A stretch of 41,017 bases of DNA from a virus, in the IMG/VR virus record IMGVR_UViG_3300024264_000002, positions 1 through 41,017 of that record; one strand, given 5' to 3'. Both the position numbers and the translations under genes were made by a program. Shown here piece after piece: positions 34,272 through 41,017 of this stretch (position 1 is its first letter; the number at the start of each line of letters is the position of its first letter). A model generated the notes under the pieces. The model was not told where the DNA came from, did not search any database, and saw only the letters and a program-made list of their open reading frames with translations.

Positions 34272-34904
34272 ATGAAAAAAATAACAGCACTTGATATAGC
34301 CAATTATTTTCTTATTCTTTTAGATAGAGATGAAGGAGATTCTATCACTCATCTAAAATTGCAAAAATTGATATATTTTGCCCAAGGTATATCTATATCG
34401 CTAACAGATAAACTATTATTTGATGAGCCTATGATGGCATTACAACATGGTCCTGTTAGTAGTAGTGTTTATAATATTTTCAAAGTGTTTGGCAATAACA
34501 CTATCCCACAGCCGCCAGAAATGGATTTTGATATATATGATCAATCTGTAAAAAACTTGATATATAAAGTTTATAATATTTATGGAGAACATACTGCTTC
34601 TTATTTACGTAATCTCAGTCATGAACATTCTTCTTGGATAAAAGCATTTAACACTCAAGAGAGGACTATAAATTATAAAGAAGTAAAAAATGATTTTATT
34701 AAAAATAATCACTCTATTGAAAATTTAGATGTTTCAGATACAGCTAAGCAATCTATAATTGATGCCGAAGATAGATGGTGGATGAGTTACGATTGCGGCG
34801 TCCCTTCTGAAAACATCACTGAAAGGTTAGCTAGAAATATGGAGCTAATGCAGCAAGACAAACAAGCTTTTATTGATTCTTGTGTTACAATAGAAGGTTT
34901 TTAA
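34272..34904 (+). CDS. Panacea-domain (DUF4065, SocA/GepA-like) antitoxin-type protein
   Basis: N-terminal ITALDIANYFLILL....ITHLKLQKLIYFAQG...HGPV is the DUF4065 signature as I recall it. Its stop overlaps the toxin ATG (TAATG). Confidence 0.7.
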   Translation: MKKITALDIANYFLILLDRDEGDSITHLKLQKLIYFAQGISISLTDKLLFDEPMMALQHGPVSSSVYNIFKVFGNNTIPQPPEMDFDIYDQSVKNLIYKVYNIYGEHTASYLRNLSHEHSSWIKAFNTQERTINYKEVKNDFIKNNHSIENLDVSDTAKQSIIDAEDRWWMSYDCGVPSENITERLARNMELMQQDKQAFIDSCVTIEGF

Positions 34905-35170
34905 TGAATGTTATTTTTGAAAAAAATGCCAAAAATGATGTGATTTTCTGGCAAAAGAAAAATAAGTTTATTATCTCTAAAATTAAATCATTAATTAAAA
35001 ATATTAAGGTGACTCCTTACCAAGGTATTGGTAAACCTAAGCCTTTAAAGCATAACTTTTCTGGATTCTGGTCTAGAAGAATTAACCATGAGCATCGGTT
35101 AGTTTATGAGGTATTAGAAGAAGATAGTATTGTTATTATACACTCTTGTAGAGGTCATTATATTGACTAA
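34904..35170 (+). CDS. yoeB: YoeB-family toxin
   Basis: [46 protein letters not shown] closely parallels E. coli YoeB ([28 protein letters not shown]...CRYHY). The start is trimmed to the ATG at 34904. Confidence 0.85.
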   Translation: [88 protein letters not shown]

Positions 35171-35207
35171 CATAACGGTATCAAAGTAAATGATTGACTC
35201 ATTGTGA

Positions 35208-35399
35208 CTATTCTTCTGATATTTCCTTGCGGCTTGTTGGGTTAAATATTAAAACTAAACCACCTACTATTTCAGCTAGAAGTATTAAAGTATTATCTTC
35301 TAAAAACATTAAGCGAGTAATTATAAGTATAATAAATAAGTCTTTAATATAGCTATGCTCTTTTCTAATTAGGTCTATTAGTTTTTTTAAGAGATTCAT
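35208..35399 (-). CDS. Small two-TM protein (holin-like candidate)
   Basis: 63 aa with two hydrophobic segments and a charged C-terminus. It is the last gene of the lysis cassette. Confidence 0.4.
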   Translation of the reverse strand: MNLLKKLIDLIRKEHSYIKDLFIILIITRLMFLEDNTLILLAEIVGGLVLIFNPTSRKEISEE

Positions 35400-35642
35400 T
35401 TAGTTTGCCTCGTATGTTTTGTATATTAAGTATTCTTGTTTAAAGAAGTATAGATCGTTAAGCCAACTGTTAAGATGAGGACACTTTCCGCCATTGCAGA
35501 CAATCTCAAGCTCATCAGCAACCCCTTTACCAGCTATAGGCATATCAGGAAAATCAGAACCTTTTAATCCACTACAGTTTGTCTTGGCGCATCCGCTCAA
35601 TATTGCCGCTAACGTCAACAGACTTAGTATTTTTTGCAACAT
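35400..35642 (-). CDS. o-spanin (outer-membrane lipoprotein, Rz1-like)
   Basis: MLQKILSLLTLAAILSGC has a lipobox. The protein is small and periplasmic. Its start is embedded in the 3' end of the i-spanin gene in another frame. Confidence 0.6.
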   Translation of the reverse strand: MLQKILSLLTLAAILSGCAKTNCSGLKGSDFPDMPIAGKGVADELEIVCNGGKCPHLNSWLNDLYFFKQEYLIYKTYEAN

Positions 35643-35817
35643 TTATTACCTTTTTTTGTATCTCTATAGTTTTATTCTGATTAGTATTAATATTGTTTAA
35701 TGCCTTATTTTTTTTGGAAAGTCTGCTGTTACGACCAAGCAAAAATAAACTAAGAATAGCTAATATAGCTAATCCAGCGGTCTCTAATTTACTGAATAGA
35801 AAGCTAAATATTTTCAT
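35572..35817 (-). CDS. i-spanin (Rz-like)
   Basis: N-terminal TM segment AGLAILAILSLFLL followed by a charged helical domain. It overlaps the o-spanin gene by 71 nt. Confidence 0.55.
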   Translation of the reverse strand: MKIFSFLFSKLETAGLAILAILSLFLLGRNSRLSKKNKALNNINTNQNKTIEIQKKVINVAKNTKSVDVSGNIERMRQDKL

Positions 35818-35977
35818 AGTTTTCGTCTAAAATAGAAAAACTGGATTTTTCACCAACCAACTTTGATTCTGATATTTCAATATATTCAGACTGAACAGTT
35901 TGATTACCTTTAAATGGGTCCAATATTTTATCAATATCTATATTTGATTCATCTATTTCACTTATTGGTTTTTGCAT
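35804..35977 (-). CDS. Small acidic hypothetical protein (57 aa)
   Basis: An ORF that fills the gap between the DUF1064 and i-spanin genes. It is below the ORF-track cut-off. Confidence 0.3.
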   Translation of the reverse strand: MQKPISEIDESNIDIDKILDPFKGNQTVQSEYIEISESKLVGEKSSFSILDENYENI

Positions 35978-35979
35978 AT

Positions 35980-36291
35980 TTAAATCTCTACAATGTCTAT
36001 ATTATATTTATCTTTCATCCAAGCCTTCTTAAGCTTGTATACTGGTGTTTTAAAGCCTTTAACATCTTCTACTGTCTCTGTTCCATTTCTCCACTTAACA
36101 AAGAAGTCGCATACATAGCGATAACGACCAGCTAGCTTATAGGATTTCTGCAATTCAAACTCTTTAACCCTACAAGATTGTTTTAATATTTTTAGCTCAT
36201 GATAGCGTTTAGCTTCTTTCTTAGAGGCAAAACGTATTCCATCAACAATTGTAGGTTGGTTTCTGTATTTGCTTTTCTTTATAAAATCCAT
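35980..36291 (-). CDS. DUF1064-family phage protein
   Basis: KYRNQPTIVDGIRFASKKEAKRYHELKIL matches the DUF1064 N-terminal pattern (K...K..VDGI.F.SK.EA.RY.EL). Confidence 0.6.
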   Translation of the reverse strand: MDFIKKSKYRNQPTIVDGIRFASKKEAKRYHELKILKQSCRVKEFELQKSYKLAGRYRYVCDFFVKWRNGTETVEDVKGFKTPVYKLKKAWMKDKYNIDIVEI

Positions 36292-36719
36292 AGCTTTAAT
36301 TCTTCTTGGCGCCTTCTATATAAACCATTAGAAAATTTGCCTTTAATATTAACAACTCCTTTTTCCTTGCTAAAAAATTCTTCAGCAGCTTTGGTGTAAT
36401 TAGCTTCATTTAAAACTTTTAAACCTTTTGAATTTCCAAAATTTCTAAAACCCCAATTGTATATAAGACTAGAAAGAGCATCAAATTGAGCTTGTGATAG
36501 TTCTACTTTAATAATATTTTTTAGGTAATATTCAATTTTTAGTAAATCACTTTTAAGTAAATTGTGAGCTGATTCTTCGGTTATTTTTGTTATAGGTGAT
36601 GGATTAATAATAACATGACCATAGCCAATTGTATTTTTACCAGCAGGACATTTGTAAGGGGTAGGACGAAATCCTTCAAATTCTTTGATTAAATTGATAC
36701 AGTTAATTGATGCTTCCAT
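36279..36719 (-). CDS. Endolysin, GH24 phage lysozyme family
   Basis: LIKEFEGFRPTPYKCPAGKNTIGYGH carries the catalytic Glu context (EG.R..PY.D..G..TIGYGH). The start is trimmed to the Met at 36719, 1 nt after the upstream stop. Confidence 0.85.
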   Translation of the reverse strand: MEASINCINLIKEFEGFRPTPYKCPAGKNTIGYGHVIINPSPITKITEESAHNLLKSDLLKIEYYLKNIIKVELSQAQFDALSSLIYNWGFRNFGNSKGLKVLNEANYTKAAEEFFSKEKGVVNIKGKFSNGLYRRRQEELKLWIL

Positions 36720-36720
36720 T

Positions 36721-37878
36721 TTATACCAACTCCTGATTTTGAGATAAATCTTCCGAACCATCACCAAGCAGAGACATTTGCAACTCTTCCTGCTCATGAT
36801 GTGTATGCGTTGGCATTAATGCGTTAAATATGCCGTTAGCTTCAAGATTTGCATGAGATATAAACATTGGAACAAATAAACCTCCTCTTAATAGAGGATT
36901 CCATCCATCAGTTGCCTCTAATCCAGCGGAAACAAGAGGTAGAGCAAACCAACAACCTTCGGCAGCAGAAAACACACCTAAAGCAACTTCTTTTGCTCCT
37001 ATATGCTCTTTATGAGGTAAAAACAGTTTCTTGAGCTTAGAATGCTCATTAACAGCAACAACAGCATTACTAATAACGCCACTAGTAATGATACTTAATG
37101 CTAGTGAAGCTTCTTTGTGCAAGCCAATATTTTCTAGTAGTTCATTAGTTAAGTGCATATAAGTAATGCATCTTGCCACTAAAGCAATGCTATCTATACC
37201 ATACACTGCTATTTTAGAACCTAAGCTATTTAACTCGTGAGCATTAACTAGTTCATGCTTCACAAACTCACTAGTTTCTTCATAGTTACCTAGTGCTTTA
37301 AAAATAATCAATGGTATGCTAGAAATTGCAGCCCAAGCCATGAATTGATCAAAACCACTTGTACCTTCTACTTCCTGATTGTCAAATTCAATATTCCAAA
37401 GCATTACCAGAGGAGCTATTGAGGCAGCACCTGCCAAAGCTTTACATGCAACTAAAGACTTCGTCTGAAACTCAGTTAATTCATGTTCTTCGTTATCTGA
37501 ATGACTAAAGAACTTATACAGAAAAAAAGCAGCATAGCTACTCATTAAAAATAATGTATTCAATGTCGAAATGGTAAAGAGTGAGCTATTCTCATGAACA
37601 TCAATACCATATCTATCTAAATGCTCCACTTCTTCATTGAATATTGGCATCATAGCCATACCAACGCCTAAGCCAATAAAGGCACTTAGTCCGCCTATTA
37701 AAGCCTTCTTCTTGCAACTACTACCTACATTGTTAGAGTTAAGTGATGATTGAGATTGAATGTTTTGCTCTAGCTGATCAGGTATATGAGAAGGCAATAA
37801 ATTATCATCAAGGCTGAAACGCCTTTTAGCATTAATAACTACATTAGTTTTTTCTTCAAAAGAGCTTTGAGTCTTCAT
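36721..37878 (-). CDS. Large polytopic membrane protein of unknown function
   Basis: 385 aa. A hydrophilic N-terminal ~65 aa is followed by many hydrophobic segments. It lies immediately upstream of the endolysin. Confidence 0.55.
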   Translation of the reverse strand: MKTQSSFEEKTNVVINAKRRFSLDDNLLPSHIPDQLEQNIQSQSSLNSNNVGSSCKKKALIGGLSAFIGLGVGMAMMPIFNEEVEHLDRYGIDVHENSSLFTISTLNTLFLMSSYAAFFLYKFFSHSDNEEHELTEFQTKSLVACKALAGAASIAPLVMLWNIEFDNQEVEGTSGFDQFMAWAAISSIPLIIFKALGNYEETSEFVKHELVNAHELNSLGSKIAVYGIDSIALVARCITYMHLTNELLENIGLHKEASLALSIITSGVISNAVVAVNEHSKLKKLFLPHKEHIGAKEVALGVFSAAEGCWFALPLVSAGLEATDGWNPLLRGGLFVPMFISHANLEANGIFNALMPTHTHHEQEELQMSLLGDGSEDLSQNQELV

Positions 37879-37896
37879 AAAATATCATCCTCTATT

Positions 37897-38082
37897 TTAA
37901 TGATGGCATGCATCCCATGGCTGACAGCCAAAGGTTTTTTGTTCATATGTACCATGTAGAGGATGTACAGAATGTTTTTCTATCTGACTAATTAATGACT
38001 TAGAATTGTCATTAGTAGTGATTGAAACAAATATATTGATTATTGATATAATAAGAGCAGCAGCTATTATTTTTTTTTCCAT
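37897..38082 (-). CDS. Small protein with an N-terminal TM/signal segment
   Basis: 61 aa, beginning MEKKIIAAALIISIINIFVSI... Confidence 0.4.
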   Translation of the reverse strand: MEKKIIAAALIISIINIFVSITTNDNSKSLISQIEKHSVHPLHGTYEQKTFGCQPWDACHH

Positions 38083-38113
38083 TAGTGCAATCCATATTTA
38101 GTTGAAAGGTCTA

Positions 38114-38338
38114 TTAATCCTGAAAATCTTGTGAAACTGATTCTTTTGAGCCTGGAGTAAAATCTAAAAATATACCTGTCTTCTCATAGACAAATAATTC
38201 CGCCAACTCTTCAGCTAGATTATCTGGGCCAAATATGTATGGAGAGAATAACCCGATAGATAAGCATAAACCCAGAAAAAAAGATTTATGAAATATATAA
38301 TATTTTACCCATCGGGCAATATTCAAAAAACTAAACAT
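38114..38338 (-). CDS. Small membrane protein
   Basis: 74 aa with a hydrophobic segment FFLGLCLSIGLFSPYIF and an acidic C-terminus. It is the first gene of the minus-strand cassette. Confidence 0.4.
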   Translation of the reverse strand: MFSFLNIARWVKYYIFHKSFFLGLCLSIGLFSPYIFGPDNLAEELAELFVYEKTGIFLDFTPGSKESVSQDFQD

Positions 38339-38543
38339 TATTTCTCGCAGTCAAAATAAACACTTCTATATGCAAGATTATACCATATCTAGTAAGTATT
38401 ACCAAGAGTTTTAACTATATGTAATGTTTTTGCTAGTATATCTAGAAAGCCACAATAAAAGTTCATCTAAAGGAATATTCTCATCACTGTTTTTAAGACA
38501 CTTAATCAGTGTATCTCTTTTAATGAGTGTTTTTTTGTCCATA

Positions 38544-39059
38544 TTAATCTACCAAACCACCATTTTTACCTTTTAATGTACGTCTGATTGCTCCTTTTAC
38601 ACAAGCATCCTTATAACGCTGTGTTCCGCAATAAATACGGCAGAAATAAAATGCCTTTTTATTACTTATATTAAAGATTTTTGCTATTTCCTTATGTATA
38701 CCAATAGCGAGTGGTCGCGCTGGTTTATCTTTTGGAGGAAAGGCTTTTGGGTTAGATTCTTGAAGTTGTAGCAATATTTTATAATATTGGTTTATACTAA
38801 TCGGAGTTTCTAAGAACTTTTCGTATTCTGTTTTTGGCTTTAATGCCTTTAGTCTAGCCTCTTCTTTTGCCTTAGCTTCTGCTTCCTTTTTAGCTTGATA
38901 TTTGTTTAAAGCATTATTAGCTGATACCTTACCGCCTTTGCCAATAAATATTTCCGAACGCTTAGGCTCTGGTGGCTTTGGTTTAGGTATTCTTGCTTGT
39001 AACTTAAGTAATGCTTCGCCTGACAGCTTAAGCTTTAGTGTAGGTTTCTGTTCAGTCAT
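38544..39059 (-). CDS. FinO/ProQ-domain RNA chaperone
   Basis: N-terminal MTEQKPTLKLKL parallels F-plasmid FinO (MTEQKRPVLTLK). A Lys-rich helix follows. The C-terminal ARPLAIGIHKEIAKIF...KKAFYFCRIYCGTQRYKDACVKGAIRRTLKG parallels FinO PRLLACGIRDVL...[29 protein letters not shown]. Confidence 0.75.
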   Translation of the reverse strand: MTEQKPTLKLKLSGEALLKLQARIPKPKPPEPKRSEIFIGKGGKVSANNALNKYQAKKEAEAKAKEEARLKALKPKTEYEKFLETPISINQYYKILLQLQESNPKAFPPKDKPARPLAIGIHKEIAKIFNISNKKAFYFCRIYCGTQRYKDACVKGAIRRTLKGKNGGLVD

Positions 39060-39071
39060 GTAGGTATAATG

Positions 39072-39260
39072 TTATGAGTTTTTCTTTATAACTTTACGTA
39101 AAGATGTAATGATTAGTTCAGTTATAGTAATATCGTTCTCTAATGCGTATCTCTTTATTTCCTTATGTAAGGATTTATCTATATTAATATTCATTTTCAT
39201 TTTCTCTACTTTGTCTATTTTTACTTTTGCAGATGGTCTGCCTGATTTTAATAAACTCAT
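39072..39260 (-). CDS. ParG-like ribbon-helix-helix partition/centromere-binding protein
   Basis: 62 aa. A flexible basic N-terminus precedes the RHH-like NINIDKSLHKEIKRYALENDITITELI. The ATGA overlap joins it to the parA stop. Confidence 0.55.
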   Translation of the reverse strand: MSLLKSGRPSAKVKIDKVEKMKMNINIDKSLHKEIKRYALENDITITELIITSLRKVIKKNS

Positions 39261-39883
39261 ATTATCTGCTTTAACTCTTCTACTATATTTATGATTTCTT
39301 CTATTGCATCAATGTTTTTTGGAGCATCAAATATACTTTTGCCTTGTGCTGCCGATTTTGGATATACTACGCGTTGCGATGTACTAGCTTGCATTGTTGG
39401 TAATTCATAGCCATTTAACGCCTCTAATACTTCATTACTCAGCGTTGTATTTGCTATCTTCCTACTAATACAGAAATACGCTTTAGGTTTTCCATCTGCT
39501 ATAGATTGTCGTTGCTTAATTATATCTACTAAATCAGAAGACGCCCAAATATCATATGGGGAAGGTTGTACAGGTATAATAATTAAGTCAGAACATTTAA
39601 TAGAAGATATTGCCATTTCTGCTAATTGTGGAGCACCATCGATAATTATCCAATCAAATTGACCTGCTATTTTTTGTATATTCTTATCTAAATTTGGTCT
39701 ATCCAGTCCTATTACTGGCAAATCACTATCACCCGATGCGTGCCAATCTCGAGCTGAACCTTGAGGGTCAGAATCTATCAATACGACTTTCTCATTATCA
39801 AGATGGAGCTTTGTAGCTATATTAGTAGCTAATGTTGTCTTACCAACACCGCCTTTTTGGTTGAGTATTGCTATTACATGCAT
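39257..39883 (-). CDS. parA: ParA-family partition ATPase (small type Ib)
   Basis: Deviant Walker A NQKGGVGKTTLA and the IIDGAP motif, at 208 aa. Confidence 0.9.
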   Translation of the reverse strand: MHVIAILNQKGGVGKTTLATNIATKLHLDNEKVVLIDSDPQGSARDWHASGDSDLPVIGLDRPNLDKNIQKIAGQFDWIIIDGAPQLAEMAISSIKCSDLIIIPVQPSPYDIWASSDLVDIIKQRQSIADGKPKAYFCISRKIANTTLSNEVLEALNGYELPTMQASTSQRVVYPKSAAQGKSIFDAPKNIDAIEEIINIVEELKQII

Positions 39884-39969
39884 GTTGATATCTTTATATA
39901 TATTTGTAAGTATATATATAACTTTATATATTTTAAAGTCAATCTTGTTAATGGTAAATCCGTATTGAT

Positions 39970-40782
39970 TTATTCATTATTCCCCCTAGCATCAACATCC
40001 GCTCCTTTATTTACTAGGCATTTTACTACTTCAAGCTTTCCCTCCCGAGCAGCATAATGTAAAGGTGTAGTCCCATTTTCGTTCCTAGCATTAACATCCG
40101 CTCCTTGCCCTACTAGGCATTTTACTACTTCAAGGTTATTATTTATAACAGCAATGTGTAAAGGTGTAATCCCATCTTCGTCCCTAGCATTAACATCCGC
40201 TCCTTTATTTACTAGGCATTTTACTACTTCAAACTTTCCCTCCTGAGCAGCATAATGTAAAGGTGTAATCCTATCTTGGTCCCTAGCATCAACATCCGCT
40301 CCTTGCCCTACTAGGCATTTTACTACTTCAAAGTCTTCCTTCCGAGCAGCAATGTATAAAGGTGTAATCCCATCTTCGTCCCTAGCATTAACATCCGCTC
40401 CTTTATTTACTAGGCATTTTACTACTTCAAGCTTTCCCTCCTGAGCAGCATAATGTAAAGGTGTAATCCTATCTTGGTCCCTAGCATCAACATCCGCTCC
40501 TTGCCCTACTAGGCATTTTACTACTTCAAGCTTTCCCTCCCGAGCAGCAATGTGTAAAGGTGTAATCCCATATTCGTCCCTAGCATTAACATTCGCTCCT
40601 TGCTCTACTAGGCATTTTACTACTTCAAGCTTTCCCTCCCGAGCAGCAATGTGTAAAGGTGTAATCCCATCTTCGTCCCTAGCATTAACATCCGCTCCTT
40701 GCTCTACTAGGCATTTTACTACTTCAAGGTTATTATTCATTACTGCATTAAATAATTTTTTGTTTAATTCGTGTTTACTCAT
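39970..40782 (-). CDS. Ankyrin-repeat protein (7 full modules plus 1 degenerate N-terminal module)
   Basis: Tandem 33-aa units [33 protein letters not shown] are encoded by near-identical 99-bp repeats. Confidence 0.9.
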   Translation of the reverse strand: [270 protein letters not shown]

Positions 40783-40866
40783 TTTATTCCTCTATATTCC
40801 ATTCAGCTTTATTTCTAGTTGAATACGTTAATTTTAATGATCCACCGCTATACATAGCAAATTGAT

Positions 40867-41017
40867 TTATTCATTATTCCCCCTAGCATCAACATCCGCT
40901 CCTTTATTTACTAGGCATTTTACTACTTCAAGGTTATTATTTATAACAGCAATGTGTAAAGGTGTAATCCCATCTTCGCACCTAGTATTAACATCCGCTC
41001 CTTTATTTACTAGGCAT
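40867..41017 (-). CDS. Ankyrin-repeat protein, C-terminal part only (continues beyond the right edge; probably the same gene as 1..379 if the molecule is circular)
   Basis: The stop codon at 40867-40869 sits in the same ATTGATTTATTCATTATTCCCCC context as the stop of the gene at 39970. Positions 40905-41017 are identical to 1-113. Confidence 0.7.
   Translation of the reverse strand, partial: [49 protein letters not shown]

Larger units (their letters stand above)
39963..41017. repeat. Tandem duplication of an ankyrin gene plus its ~80-bp upstream leader, with internal 99-bp repeats
   Basis: Unit A is 39963-40860. Unit B is 40861-41017 and continues at 114-457. The leaders at 40783-40860 and 380-457 differ at only 2 positions. 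Confidence 0.85.

Noticed and set aside
35494-36399. Plus-strand ORFs 35494..35700, 35914..36135 and 36199..36399 in the lysis cassette
   Set aside because: They are antisense to the spanin, DUF1064 and endolysin genes, which have clear signatures.
39884-39969. AT-rich CTTTATATAT / TATATATA repeats upstream of parA as a defined centromere (parC/parS)
   Set aside because: This is a plausible location for the parA promoter or centromere. However, the repeats are short, low-complexity AT runs that are expected by composition, so I do not call a site.
39970-41017. Regular ~99-bp periodic repeats that could be mistaken for a CRISPR array or satellite
   Set aside because: The repeats are contiguous with no unique spacers, lie in one long ORF, and translate to canonical 33-aa ankyrin modules.

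Overview
AT-rich 41-kb window that reads as one complete, probably circular, phage-plasmid-like element of a Gram-negative host. Spanins indicate a diderm host. Ankyrin, patatin and secreted PLD cargo suggest an intracellular or amoeba-associated bacterium, but that is inference. The first 113 nt are identical to the last 113 nt. I saw no integrase, tRNA, rRNA or CRISPR. Modules in order: (1) tandem ankyrin-repeat genes at both window edges; (2) minus-strand recombination block with RecT, YqaJ-type exonuclease and a DUF2829/Tad2-like small protein; (3) accessory island with a secreted single-HKD PLD/Nuc, YefM-YoeB, a lipoprotein and a winged-helix regulator; (4) a divergent switch region and a plus-strand early operon of orphan genes, one carrying an (ES)12 microsatellite; (5) a promoter-plus-terminator unit predicting a small RNA, then SSB; (6) a late region with TerS, TerL, a patatin phospholipase, three consecutive fibre-segment genes, portal, scaffold, major capsid, tail proteins, three paralogous receptor-binding-type proteins and three large putative ejection proteins, with no tape measure, tube or sheath recognised (short-tailed architecture inferred); (7) a Panacea(DUF4065)-YoeB pair; (8) a minus-strand lysis cassette with a large polytopic membrane protein, GH24 endolysin, DUF1064, overlapping spanins and a holin-like gene; (9) a FinO/ProQ-domain protein next to a ParG-like/ParA partition pair. 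The most interesting signal is an exact 10-mer, AAATTGCGAG. It occurs 5 times, plus one 9/10 variant, and usually sits 5-10 nt upstream of start codons of module-leading genes. Its UUGCGAG core is perfectly complementary to a predicted loop of the candidate sRNA at about 9803-9920. The element also encodes a FinO-domain RNA chaperone. Together these suggest a FinOP/RocCR-like trans-acting riboregulatory circuit controlling a phage-plasmid. Other notable points: a conserved fibre motif split across two gene junctions, a patatin gene translationally coupled between TerL and the fibre genes, and two YoeB-type toxins paired with two unrelated antitoxin classes.
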